From: a virus
Taxonomy: Duplodnaviria; Caudoviricetes
Virus record (IMG/VR): IMGVR_UViG_3300046167_000122
Span: 1-35,089 of that record
Direction: 5' to 3' (one strand)
Length of the DNA stretch: 35,089 bases
Every line of letters begins with the position of its first letter. Within the stretch, counting starts at the first letter, position 1. Shown piece by piece: positions 25,503 to 35,089 of this stretch. Made by a program: the position numbers and the translations under genes. The notes below the pieces were generated by a model, which was given only the letters and a program-made list of their open reading frames with translations, searched no databases and was not told the origin of the DNA.

Positions 25503-27373
25503 TGGATGCATATCAACAATACATACACAAGTCACGCTACGCACGTTACCTACCAGAGGAGCAGCGCCGTGAGACGTGGGAAGAAACAGTAAATAGATAC
25601 CTAGATTATTGGGTAGACCGTGTAGAACTAAACGAGTTCGATCAATCAGAAATATTCCATGCTATTCATGAGCTAGACGTTATGCCCAGTATGAGAGCAC
25701 TCATGACTGCAGGAGAGGCTCTTGACCGTGACAACGTAGCTGGCTTTAACTGTAGCTACTTACCTATTGATCATCCTAAAGCGTTCGACGAGATGATGTA
25801 CGTACTTATGTGCGGTACAGGCGTAGGCTACTCTGTTGAACGTCAATACGTATCTAAACTACCAGAAGTAGCAGAGGAATTTCATGATACCGATACCGTT
25901 ATACATGTCGCCGATAGTAAAATTGGATGGGCTAAAGCTTACCGGGAACTTATTAGCTTGTTGTATTCAGGCCAACTTCCAAAATGGGACGTGTCTGGAG
26001 TACGACTTGCAGGGGCAACCCTTAAGACCTTCGGAGGTAGAGCATCTGGTCCAGAGCCTCTTGTCGATCTGTTCAACTTCACAGTCAGCGTCTTTCGGGA
26101 GGCTGCTGGACGTAAACTTAGCTCCATCGAATGTCATGATCTCTGCTGTAAGATTGCACAGATCGTCGTTGTCGGAGGTGTACGCAGGTCCGCTCTCATC
26201 AGTCTGTCTAACCTCACTGACGATAGACTCCGACGATGCAAGTCAGGCCAGTGGTGGCAAGATAATCCTCAACGGGGACTAGCAAACAACAGCGCATGTT
26301 ATACAGAGAAGCCAGACTTTGAGGCATTCCTAAATGAGTGGAAAAGTTTATACGAGTCCCGATCAGGAGAGCGAGGTATGTTCTCTAGAGTCGCAAGTCA
26401 AAAGCAAGCTGCAAAGAACGAGCGACGAGATGCTACCTATGATTTTGGAACTAATCCATGTAGCGAGATCATCCTACGACCTAACCAATTCTGCAATCTA
26501 TCGGAAGTTGTTGTCAGGTCAACCGATACGTTGTCAGACCTTAAACGAAAAGTACGTGTTGCGGCTATCCTTGGAACTTTACAGGCTACCTTAACTGACT
26601 TCCGTTACCTACGTAAGGTATGGCAAAAGAACACAGAGGAAGAAGCATTACTAGGTGTATCACTAACTGGTATCATGGATCATCCAACACTATCAGGGAG
26701 GAAGGATAAAGGTGTACTCAAGACTTGGCTTACTGAACTCAAGGAAGAAGCAATTAACACTAACAAGCAGTGGGCTAACAAACTTGGTATCAATGTTAGT
26801 ACTGCTATTACTGCTGTTAAGCCTTCTGGTACTGTAAGTCAGTTAGTTGATTCTGCTAGTGGTATTCATCCACGATACTCAGATCAGTACATTAGACGAG
26901 TACGAGCAGATTCACGAGACCCTTTGTGCTCAGTATTAGAAGACGCAGGAATCCCCGTAGAAGACGATGTAATGTCACCCTCTACCAAGGTATTCTCTTT
27001 CCCTATAAAGTCTCCTGACGGAGCTGTGGTGGCCTCTGAGATGGGTGCTATGGAGCAGCTAGAACTATGGGAGATTTATCAGGACTTCTGGTGTGAACAC
27101 AAACCATCAATGACTTGTTACTATCGTGATGATGAGTTCTTAGAGGTAGGGCAATGGTTGTACAACAAGTTCGACAAGATAAGCGGTGTTAGTTTTCTCC
27201 CTTATTCCGAACACACGTATCAACAAGCGCCATATGAACCCATCGACGTAGAGACCTATAAGAAGCTGAAGGAGGAATTCCCAGAGACGATTGATTGGAA
27301 CATCTCTGAGAACTCTGACATGACGGAAGGGTCTCAGCAGTTAGCTTGTACGGGCAATAACTGCGAGCTGTAA
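25502..27373 (+). CDS. nrdJ: Class II (adenosylcobalamin-dependent) ribonucleotide reductase
   Basis: MPSMR, FNCS, GGVRRSA, TNPCSEI, KPSGTVSQL, EHKPS, C-terminal CTGNNC; no class I small subunit gene present. Confidence 0.92.
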   Translation: MDAYQQYIHKSRYARYLPEEQRRETWEETVNRYLDYWVDRVELNEFDQSEIFHAIHELDVMPSMRALMTAGEALDRDNVAGFNCSYLPIDHPKAFDEMMYVLMCGTGVGYSVERQYVSKLPEVAEEFHDTDTVIHVADSKIGWAKAYRELISLLYSGQLPKWDVSGVRLAGATLKTFGGRASGPEPLVDLFNFTVSVFREAAGRKLSSIECHDLCCKIAQIVVVGGVRRSALISLSNLTDDRLRRCKSGQWWQDNPQRGLANNSACYTEKPDFEAFLNEWKSLYESRSGERGMFSRVASQKQAAKNERRDATYDFGTNPCSEIILRPNQFCNLSEVVVRSTDTLSDLKRKVRVAAILGTLQATLTDFRYLRKVWQKNTEEEALLGVSLTGIMDHPTLSGRKDKGVLKTWLTELKEEAINTNKQWANKLGINVSTAITAVKPSGTVSQLVDSASGIHPRYSDQYIRRVRADSRDPLCSVLEDAGIPVEDDVMSPSTKVFSFPIKSPDGAVVASEMGAMEQLELWEIYQDFWCEHKPSMTCYYRDDEFLEVGQWLYNKFDKISGVSFLPYSEHTYQQAPYEPIDVETYKKLKEEFPETIDWNISENSDMTEGSQQLACTGNNCEL

Positions 27374-27379
27374 CTTGAT

Positions 27380-27400
27380 AGGGGCTTCGGCCCCTTTTTT
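27380..27400 (+). terminator. Intrinsic terminator where the two arms converge
   Basis: AGGGGC-TTCG-GCCCCT followed by a T run; the T tract is only on the + strand. Confidence 0.9.
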
Positions 27401-29708
27401 AATAGACAGTGTCCATGAATTCTTGGGCGTCTTGTAAACCTTTCTGCCTAATCTTTTCGTTAAACTTCCTAGCCTGAACACTTCGCATCCAGTTCGCGCC
27501 AAATCTTTTAGTGCCTTCTTGAATAAACTTAGCAAGTAACTGTTTATTTCTACCGGGATGTACAGAACGAGAAGCATAATCTTCTATCAATACTTTTTGT
27601 CTTGATGCACCAAACTCGTTACCAGCTAGTTTGTATTCACCTGACGTAACTAACGCACCAAGTATAGCGTTCTGATAAGGAGCAGCAAGCTCTCTAAGCA
27701 ACGACAACTCTCTACCATCAAGCTTCACACCAACAAACTCACTATTAATAACAGGAATGTTAGCTTCTTTTTTATATATTTCTTTCTGTACCTGTGACTG
27801 ATTAGTAGGAACAAAGTTCATCTTTGTAATAATTTCAAAGAGGTTTTGATTCATGTCTACCCCCTCAAACTGAGGAGTAGTTACAGGCAGCGTCTCTCTT
27901 AATCCTGGCACACGTTGTATTATTTTTTCATAAGCAGTTTTAGATATGCGTTCTTCTTCATCTAGTATCCGTGCTAAGTCAGAAACACCAGTAGGAATAA
28001 ATCCTTTACCAATGTCAACACCAGAAGCAATAGCGCCTTCAACTAAACTTTTGTTAGAGTATCTAAAGTTATCTAAGAATCGTATACCAGACTCAAGTAC
28101 TGTTTTATTTAACGATGCATTAAGAAGACCAATCATCATTTCGTCGATCATATCTACTACTGGAGTTTCTTCGGGATCTTCAAAGTCTCTTTCTCTAAAC
28201 AAAGCTTCAGCCGTGTCTACATACAGACCAAGAAAACCTCCTATAGGCTCAATACGATCAAAAGGAACATACACATCACCAACAAGTACAGACCTTTCAG
28301 GGATACCTGTTTGTTGCCATCTGCGTCTTTCTTCTAAATCTTTAGGAGTACCAGTAATAAAAGGAAGACCCTCTTCATTTTGAGTAGCAAACAACGTACC
28401 AATGCCCATCATAAATGCTGAGCCTATAGCTACTCTTGTTAAGTAATCTTCTTGGTAACCAGCTTCAGTAACTATCTTACCGTCTCTCATTTTCTTTCTA
28501 AGAATCTTAGGTCTAAAGAAAGGTATCAATGCAAGAGGAGTATAAGACATACCATCCATTGCAATGTTATAAGGAGTCTTAGTAAAAGGAAACGCTGTGC
28601 TAACTAGAGCACCTGCTACATTCTCCCCTAAAGAATACTCTTTACCCATCTTACCTTTAGCTTTACCTAGTAGATTAACTAACCCTGTAACAGGAGCGGA
28701 TATAGAAATATCTGTAGGTAATCTTCTTTGGAACGTAAGGTTTAAAGCAAACTCTCGAATATCTTCGTAAGGAATATCTTCGTCAGCAAACAAAGGTTTA
28801 AAAAATTCATTCGTCTTTTTTTCTAATGCAGCAGTAGCACCACGAACAGCTTTAAAGTTAGATGTAGCTTCTATTTCTTTTGCTAAACCCATCTCACCTT
28901 GGTAACGTGCGTTATGCGCATTCATAACATCAGAAAAATATTCAGCATGCAACTCATCAACTGATCTTCCTGTTGCCTTAGCCTGTTGAAGAGCTTGCTT
29001 ACGCGCCATTTCAGAAACACGTAAAGTTCTAAAAAATACTTTAGCTGCCTCATCAATAGCAACAGCGCCTCGTTGAGGAATAGTAATCCATCTTAGCTTG
29101 TCAGGCACACGTTGGTTTGCCATAAATTCTATGTCAGAAAAAAATCTAAGGGCTTCTTGGTCTGTAAGATTAATAGAATCAACAAACGCTTTTATGTCTG
29201 CTTCAGTAATACTATCGTCTGTTGCGGCCCACGAACGAACATAAGCTTCTTTAGCTTTTTCTTTTAATGTTTCTGGGGTTAGTCCAGCTCGTTCAGCTAC
29301 AATTGTAATGTCAGTTTCTACATCTGAAGCAATACCTGTCTTCATAGCAGACTTAAAATACCTAAGCATGTTAGTAGTTAGCTGTGCATCTTTACCTAAT
29401 ACAGCAGAATAAGCAGCGTAGGTATTTACTGCCCCGTTACGTATCATAGAATTAGGAACGTACAAAAGCCCTTGAGCCATTGCTGAACCTATGTTAGCCA
29501 TAAACATACCCGTTGACGCAAGCAACGCATTATTATGAAGGGCAGAAATAACGGTACCAAAGTTAAAGTTCTTAGATCCTCCGTCGTTAAGAAGTTGACG
29601 TATAACTTCAGGACGTATAGACTCAAACTCTTCTGGCATAGAATCAACAGCAGCAAGCAACTTGTTAATGCTTTCTTCACACTCTTTTGATATAACTTTT
29701 CTAGCCAC
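27399..29708 (-). CDS. Large internal virion/ejection protein
   Basis: Last late gene; probable GTG start after GGAG; FPFTKTPYNI and YVPFDRIEP motifs typical of podovirus core proteins. Confidence 0.7.
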   Translation of the reverse strand: MARKVISKECEESINKLLAAVDSMPEEFESIRPEVIRQLLNDGGSKNFNFGTVISALHNNALLASTGMFMANIGSAMAQGLLYVPNSMIRNGAVNTYAAYSAVLGKDAQLTTNMLRYFKSAMKTGIASDVETDITIVAERAGLTPETLKEKAKEAYVRSWAATDDSITEADIKAFVDSINLTDQEALRFFSDIEFMANQRVPDKLRWITIPQRGAVAIDEAAKVFFRTLRVSEMARKQALQQAKATGRSVDELHAEYFSDVMNAHNARYQGEMGLAKEIEATSNFKAVRGATAALEKKTNEFFKPLFADEDIPYEDIREFALNLTFQRRLPTDISISAPVTGLVNLLGKAKGKMGKEYSLGENVAGALVSTAFPFTKTPYNIAMDGMSYTPLALIPFFRPKILRKKMRDGKIVTEAGYQEDYLTRVAIGSAFMMGIGTLFATQNEEGLPFITGTPKDLEERRRWQQTGIPERSVLVGDVYVPFDRIEPIGGFLGLYVDTAEALFRERDFEDPEETPVVDMIDEMMIGLLNASLNKTVLESGIRFLDNFRYSNKSLVEGAIASGVDIGKGFIPTGVSDLARILDEEERISKTAYEKIIQRVPGLRETLPVTTPQFEGVDMNQNLFEIITKMNFVPTNQSQVQKEIYKKEANIPVINSEFVGVKLDGRELSLLRELAAPYQNAILGALVTSGEYKLAGNEFGASRQKVLIEDYASRSVHPGRNKQLLAKFIQEGTKRFGANWMRSVQARKFNEKIRQKGLQDAQEFMDTVY

Positions 29709-31872
29709 ACTTAACTCCAAATAGGTTGGTAATTAGTTGATTGCGATTAACACGACGTGTATTCTCTGCTACAAAACGCTTAGTCTTTTTAGCCTGTAAT
29801 AAAACATGAGAGGCAGCACGACCATTAGTTCTTTGCATTTCTGCAATGTAATTGTTAAAGTATAAGTCTTCTACCAACTTAACCATCTCAGCACTATCAG
29901 CTTGACCATCTTTCTTTAGCTTACGCATCTGCTTTAAAGTCTGATCTACTCTGTTGTTAGCTTCAATAAACAAAGGACGTAGTGCCTCCATTTCCTCTGG
30001 AGCAAATATTCTATCTTGATCCATGACAAAGTCTACGAGTGTATCATAGTCTCTACCGATTGGACCTGCCTTCAGTCTAGCAGCCGCTTGTTCTACGTTT
30101 TCATAGGTAAACTTACGCTCAGAAATAGTAGGAAGATTTTCTATAGCCCAGTCAACGTCTTCATCTTTAAAGCCCATTTGCTTAGCTTGCTGACGTTGTT
30201 TCTGTTCTGTTGATGCAGCAAGCAATGCAGCACGACGACCTATTTCTTCTTGGGTCATTTCTTCTTGTCTGCCTATGTCCCTACCTACAGGCATGTCTGC
30301 TCTATCTCTAGCAGTAGATGGTGGCATTTCACCCGCTCGAATAGCCGCTGCTTCATCAACACCTTCTGACACTTCTTGTGCATACTGTACTGCAGGACGT
30401 ACACCAGCAGATGACGCACTAGGTGGAGCATCTAATCCTAATCTTGGAGCAGCGTCGTCAGAGTTAAGGATGTAATTTAACTTGTTTGCTGCATCAGTAA
30501 CAGGATCACCAGTTTCTTTAGGCGGCTCTAGCTTTACACTGATTTCCGCATCAGTAGAATTGTTTAACTCTAATCTGTTTTTCTTGTTGACAATCTGCAA
30601 AGGATTATCATATCCTACGCCTGATATAGTAACAACGTATCCGCCATTAGGTGAGTAGTCTAAGCCAGTAAGAGTATCTATTTCTTGTTGTAACTCTTCT
30701 TCCTTACGTTCTGCACGTGCTTGTCTAGCTTTAGCACCAGCCTCTCCGGGTTGTAGTTCTGCCTTACGGCGAGAGAGTCTATCTAGCTGATTTTCTAGTG
30801 AAACAACTTTTTCTTTAATAACAGAAGCTTGCTCGTTAGATTTATTTAATTCTTTCTGTCTAGTAACACGTAGTTTTTCTATTTGTTTCTCAATAGGCTT
30901 ACGCTTTTTACGTCCTACTTGTTGTGCTTTCTGCTCAAGATCTGCAATCTGTTGATCTATGTTTTGTACTTTAAGTGTAGCAGGAGTAGAACGAGTAACT
31001 TGAGGCGTAGGCTCTACAGCAGCAGTAGTGACAGGAGTCTCCACAGGTCTGTTCATTCGAGGCTTATAGTCTTGACCAGATAGTGCTTTAGGCTGTAAAG
31101 ATACAGGCTGAGGAGCTAGTTCTGGTTTTACTTCAGGCTTACGTAATGGTGGGGTAACAATAGCCCCTGCAGCACCAACACCAGCACCTAGCCCAGCACC
31201 TAGCCCAGCACCATAAATAGTGTTCATTAAACGGCTATCGCCAAACTCTTCGTATACAGGAATAAGAGCACCCTGAGCTGCTCCCTCTATACCACCACCA
31301 GCAGTAATTCCTAAAGCACTAGCTATTCTAGGGGCATTAGGTAAAGCTTTAGTAGCGCCTGCTACAGCTAATTTAGCACCAGTACCACCAACAGCTAAGC
31401 CAACAGGATCAACAACAGCACCTGTCAGCATACCTGAGAAGTAATCTTCAGGCGCTCTAGCTCGTTCTACTCTATTGTCAAACTCTTCATCAAGAGATTT
31501 CTTAGGTGCTATACCCAAACCACGAAGAGAATCTAACAAGCCATCTTTAAAGCCAGCTATAGACGCTGCGTTGACACGTTGAATACCCATACCACCAGCA
31601 GCAAACGGAGCCATCTCTGCAGCCTGTGCGGACGTAAGACCACTAAACCCAGCCTCTTCAGGACCAAGCTCTTTAGCTTTACGCTCGACAGCCTCATTCA
31701 TCAGAGTAGCACGAACCTGCTCTGGTATTTCATTAACAGGGGTATCCCCAAAGATCACTAGCAGATCATCTACGGGTATTTGATCAATAGGTGTGTTACC
31801 GTACTTCTCTAATAGTTTTTCTACTGTAGGTGTCTGCTTAGTGTCGTCTTCTTTAACAGCAAGCTGTACCAT
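29701..31872 (-). CDS. Internal virion/ejection protein
   Basis: Gly-zipper hydrophobic segments (GAGLGAGLGAGVGAAG) and coiled coils; position. Confidence 0.65.
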   Translation of the reverse strand: MVQLAVKEDDTKQTPTVEKLLEKYGNTPIDQIPVDDLLVIFGDTPVNEIPEQVRATLMNEAVERKAKELGPEEAGFSGLTSAQAAEMAPFAAGGMGIQRVNAASIAGFKDGLLDSLRGLGIAPKKSLDEEFDNRVERARAPEDYFSGMLTGAVVDPVGLAVGGTGAKLAVAGATKALPNAPRIASALGITAGGGIEGAAQGALIPVYEEFGDSRLMNTIYGAGLGAGLGAGVGAAGAIVTPPLRKPEVKPELAPQPVSLQPKALSGQDYKPRMNRPVETPVTTAAVEPTPQVTRSTPATLKVQNIDQQIADLEQKAQQVGRKKRKPIEKQIEKLRVTRQKELNKSNEQASVIKEKVVSLENQLDRLSRRKAELQPGEAGAKARQARAERKEEELQQEIDTLTGLDYSPNGGYVVTISGVGYDNPLQIVNKKNRLELNNSTDAEISVKLEPPKETGDPVTDAANKLNYILNSDDAAPRLGLDAPPSASSAGVRPAVQYAQEVSEGVDEAAAIRAGEMPPSTARDRADMPVGRDIGRQEEMTQEEIGRRAALLAASTEQKQRQQAKQMGFKDEDVDWAIENLPTISERKFTYENVEQAAARLKAGPIGRDYDTLVDFVMDQDRIFAPEEMEALRPLFIEANNRVDQTLKQMRKLKKDGQADSAEMVKLVEDLYFNNYIAEMQRTNGRAASHVLLQAKKTKRFVAENTRRVNRNQLITNLFGVKCG

Positions 31873-31874
31873 TA

Positions 31875-32888
31875 TTAACGACCTCTCAATTGATTAAGAG
31901 TAGGAACTCCGCTTGTAGGTGGTGTAGGCGAAACATTTCTTTCAGGAACTCTTCGAGGAGACCATACATATTCAAAGTCTTGACCTATTGCAGAAATAGC
32001 AGTATCATTTAATAAGTTGTCAATCCTTTCAGGTACGTTACCGTTCTCATCTAAGTAAATTTCTAACTTAGTAGGTTTTGCACTAGGAGCTGATTGACCC
32101 ATAAAAGCTAGCGTAGGATCTTGCCTACCTTGATAAGTAACTAACAAAGTACGCTTTTGTCCTTTTTTAGCTTGTTCAGTCTTAGAGAACTGACTAGCTT
32201 CTGCTCTAGCTACTTCTGCTGCCGCTTTACTACCAAATGCTTGTACTGCAAGGTCAATAGCTTCTTGTCTGTTACCGTCAGTTATTGTATTTTTATTTAA
32301 CCACTTAGCCCACTCCCTTGCTTCTTCTACATCAGCATCTTCGTCAAGGCGAGTTAGTATCTGTGCCTGAGTAAGACCACGGTACTCTTCCTTTTTATTT
32401 TCTGGTACGTACTTATCAAAGAATGTCTGGAACTGTTCGTCAGTTTCTTTCGTTTTCTTTTGACTACGAATAGACTGTAATTGATTTTCTACAGAAGTAA
32501 CATCACGACCAGCAGGTGTTGCTAAACTACGTATACGAGACTCAAGACTAGCAATCTTTTCAGGATCAGTCTCAGTTATGTACTGTTGATACAACTTGTT
32601 TAACTCAGCACTAGCCTCAGCCTTTTGAGTATCAACCATACTTTTTTTAGCAGCATCCATTTGAGCTTGCGCAGCGTTAATCTGAGCAGGAGTTTTAGCT
32701 GTCTGCATAGCTACCTGAGCACGTTGCATAGGAGTTGCGTTGCGTAGTGCTTGCATTTGTTGTTGCTGCGCTTGTTGTTGTTGTAACTGACCCGGAAGCT
32801 GTGCCGCTTGTTTCGCAGCAGTAAACAACCCCTGTTGGTACGAAGGCTGAAGAAGCCCTTGTAAAAATGTTTGTGAAAACTTAGCCAT
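31875..32888 (-). CDS. Probable internal virion protein
   Basis: Gln/Ala-rich helical N-terminus; position. Confidence 0.6.
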   Translation of the reverse strand: MAKFSQTFLQGLLQPSYQQGLFTAAKQAAQLPGQLQQQQAQQQQMQALRNATPMQRAQVAMQTAKTPAQINAAQAQMDAAKKSMVDTQKAEASAELNKLYQQYITETDPEKIASLESRIRSLATPAGRDVTSVENQLQSIRSQKKTKETDEQFQTFFDKYVPENKKEEYRGLTQAQILTRLDEDADVEEAREWAKWLNKNTITDGNRQEAIDLAVQAFGSKAAAEVARAEASQFSKTEQAKKGQKRTLLVTYQGRQDPTLAFMGQSAPSAKPTKLEIYLDENGNVPERIDNLLNDTAISAIGQDFEYVWSPRRVPERNVSPTPPTSGVPTLNQLRGR

Positions 32889-32901
32889 AACTTATTCCGC
32901 C

Positions 32902-33822
32902 TTAATCACCAAATATGCCTAAACCTTTTAATATATTTAAAGCATCTGCAGCACCTGTTGATTTAGGTGTCATTGCACCAGATAACAAGTTAGCGCCTAC
33001 ACCACCTAACAAATTAGCCCTTGCTTGTTCTGCAATAAGCTGTGCTTCTAGACCAGACATAGTAGCTTCACCAAACATACCAGCACCAAACTGACGTGTT
33101 TGTTGTTCTAGTTGTTGCTGTCCAACACCGGGTTGAATACCAGCTATTAACTGCTGTTGCGGTATGTAACCTGAGCCAAGGAACTGCTGACCTAACGCTG
33201 CTTGTTGCATTTGCTCTGCCTGAGCCTGCTGCATAGCTCCTAACATTGCTTGATTACGTGCTTCTTCTTGTGCTTTTGCTAAGGTCAACGCTTCAGGAGT
33301 ACCACCAAACGCTGCCGTTTGAGTACCTAAACGACCTTGTGCAGCTAAGCGTTGCTCTAACTGTTGTCGTTGTCGTTGCTCTTCAGGTGACATAGCAGCT
33401 CGCATACGCTGGAAAATAGCCTGTTCACGTTCTTCAGTAGGTTGCGTGGCCTGTCCAAAAAACCCACCAGCTCCGCTAAACAATTGTTGTTGTAACGCCT
33501 GCTCTTCAGGTGACAATGACATTGAAGTTTGAAGAGTACCTTCAGGAGTTATCATAGAATCAAAACCAGAACCAGTAGCAGTAGTCACAGTAAAAGGTTT
33601 AAACTGAGACATTTCTAGTTGTCGTGCGGCTAAGTCCTCCGCCCCTGTTCTAGCTTCTTTTCCTATGTCACTTAACCGTCCGTAAGCTTCACCTGTAAGA
33701 AGACCACCAAGAATACCGGGAAGCAAAACACTAGGTTGAGTAACGTAATCAGTTAGACCTCCTAAAAAATCAAAGAAGCCGCTGCCTCCTCCAATAGTTC
33801 CTTCGTCTGTTGCTACAGCCAT
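32902..33822 (-). CDS. Probable DNA ejection/pilot protein
   Basis: Gly/Gln/Ala-rich with hydrophobic ends; FKPFTVTT motif; follows the tail genes. Confidence 0.65.
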   Translation of the reverse strand: MAVATDEGTIGGGSGFFDFLGGLTDYVTQPSVLLPGILGGLLTGEAYGRLSDIGKEARTGAEDLAARQLEMSQFKPFTVTTATGSGFDSMITPEGTLQTSMSLSPEEQALQQQLFSGAGGFFGQATQPTEEREQAIFQRMRAAMSPEEQRQRQQLEQRLAAQGRLGTQTAAFGGTPEALTLAKAQEEARNQAMLGAMQQAQAEQMQQAALGQQFLGSGYIPQQQLIAGIQPGVGQQQLEQQTRQFGAGMFGEATMSGLEAQLIAEQARANLLGGVGANLLSGAMTPKSTGAADALNILKGLGIFGD

Positions 33823-34055
33823 TAGTATGTACCTCCATCAATAGTTCCTGTTGACAGCGTACCTGTAAAAGTCAATGCAGGAATTGTTACTGTGCCTGTA
33901 AAAGTAGGCGAAGCAAGATCTGCCTTCGTAGCGATAGCTGTAGATATGGCGTCAAACTCTGTTTCAAACTCAGCGCCCTTAATGATTTTACCGCTGTCCC
34001 CAGAAGGTAGACTGTCTTTAGCGGCAAAGTCAGTGGTCTTTGTATAGTTACTCAT
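33822..34055 (-). CDS. 77-aa tail-associated protein ending in IDGGTY
   Basis: EFETEFDAISTAIATKAD..SPTFTG fibre-root-like motif. Confidence 0.75.
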   Translation of the reverse strand: MSNYTKTTDFAAKDSLPSGDSGKIIKGAEFETEFDAISTAIATKADLASPTFTGTVTIPALTFTGTLSTGTIDGGTY

Positions 34056-35089
34056 AGTACTTTACCCATTAGTGCTAATACGTTAATCTCTTGGAGAGAC
34101 AAACCTGAACCGTCTATGTCTGCTTCCAACCCAATTGTTATAACTCCACCGCCTCCGGTAGTGTTTATGCCACGGCGTGACGTAAGATCACCACCTGTAA
34201 ATTCTGCCGTGCTGTTAAATTCTGACTCGTTATAAAACGCAGTTACCTGATTGCCTACGGTAAACTCGGCTGTCTGAAAGAATGTATTAAAGTCATATGA
34301 CCACTTAAGAAACATAACAGCGTTGTTAGCACCAACAATAGTAGGACGTAACTTTTTTAATATTTTAAGTTTAGACGGATCACCAAAGGTAAGAGCAGGA
34401 CTGTAATACTTAAAACGATATTTACTACCGTTGTCCCTATAACCGCTGTACTCTCCTATACCTTCACCGTTACCAATCAACAGTGTACCGTCATTCTTTC
34501 TACCGTAAGCGGTAAAGCCTGTACCGGGCCACCGTGTAACACGATAAGCACCGTTTTCTAATGTTCCTCTAACATCAAAGCAGAAGGTTGTATCTTGAGC
34601 AGTAAAAGTAATTAAGTAGAAACCTTCTTCCGGGCTATACACTGAACGGTAAAACTCAGTCTCATTTTGAAGCAAACCAATAATGTCTTTTGTAATTGTA
34701 TTAGAAAGACTTGTAAGAGGCATTGACTTTTCTTGTATAGTTCTACCAAAGCTTTTGAGTCCTGTATGTGACAAAAACAATACGTCAGTACCTGTGTACT
34801 GTACAGTGTCTCTATCTACACAACCTACTCCTGATACTGTGTCCGACAACGCCATTGTTGCTGGAGCTTCAGCACCTTGATATACAACAATGCTGTGCTT
34901 ACCAAAGATAATCAACAACCCGTTATGTGCGGCTAGTGATACTATTTCATCGTAACCATCAGGCCATACTTTAGAAATATTAATAGAACCACTAGTACCA
35001 CCCGCCCAGTCATGACCTATTAATAAGTCAGACCAATAAATAGTAGACTTATCAGAACCAGAATCAGCCGTCCAAAGCCTCCCATAAGC
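34052..35089 (-). CDS. Tail nozzle/stabilisation protein (P22 gp10 / T7 gp12 position), 5'-truncated
   Basis: Frame open to the window end (AYGRLW...IYWSD...); beta-propeller-like; GVGCVDRDTV. Confidence 0.7.
   Translation of the reverse strand, partial: AYGRLWTADSGSDKSTIYWSDLLIGHDWAGGTSGSINISKVWPDGYDEIVSLAAHNGLLIIFGKHSIVVYQGAEAPATMALSDTVSGVGCVDRDTVQYTGTDVLFLSHTGLKSFGRTIQEKSMPLTSLSNTITKDIIGLLQNETEFYRSVYSPEEGFYLITFTAQDTTFCFDVRGTLENGAYRVTRWPGTGFTAYGRKNDGTLLIGNGEGIGEYSGYRDNGSKYRFKYYSPALTFGDPSKLKILKKLRPTIVGANNAVMFLKWSYDFNTFFQTAEFTVGNQVTAFYNESEFNSTAEFTGGDLTSRRGINTTGGGGVITIGLEADIDGSGLSLQEINVLALMGKVL

Noticed and set aside
29701-29720. Frameshift joining the 723-aa and 773-aa ORFs
   Set aside because: A GTG at 29708 has a well-spaced GGAG, so two coupled genes explain it
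1-35089. RNA polymerase, integrase, reverse transcriptase/DGR, tRNA, introns or inteins
   Set aside because: No matching motifs seen; TerL, PolA, helicase and RNR have ordinary uninterrupted lengths. The missing genome segment cannot be assessed.

Overview
Near-complete genome (about 35 kb, opened inside the virion arm) of a lytic marine-type podovirus. It has no RNA polymerase gene and no integrase. Two gene arms diverge from a non-coding region at about 14.73-15.28 kb, which probably holds the genome termini, and converge at an intrinsic terminator at 27.38-27.40 kb. The + strand arm carries small early genes, a stand-alone sigma70 region-4 protein, a candidate origin, T7 gp4-like primase-helicase, family A DNA polymerase, SSB, 5'-3' exonuclease, endonuclease I-like nuclease, metallophosphoesterase, DUF3310 protein and a B12-dependent class II ribonucleotide reductase. 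The - strand arm carries TerS/TerL, an M15 peptidase, portal, basic micro-proteins, scaffold, major capsid protein, two tail-fibre genes, holin-like genes, a large repeat protein missed by the ORF track, tail nozzle and ejection proteins. This layout resembles Zobellviridae/cobavirus-like phages (inference). At least eight genes, including the capsid gene, carry single-base insertions that are most likely sequencing errors. The most unusual content is regulatory: tandem sigma54 -24/-12 sites, tandem Fur-like boxes over an early promoter, a 16-bp palindrome repeated exactly four times, and two promoter classes that may be served by the phage mini-sigma4 protein.
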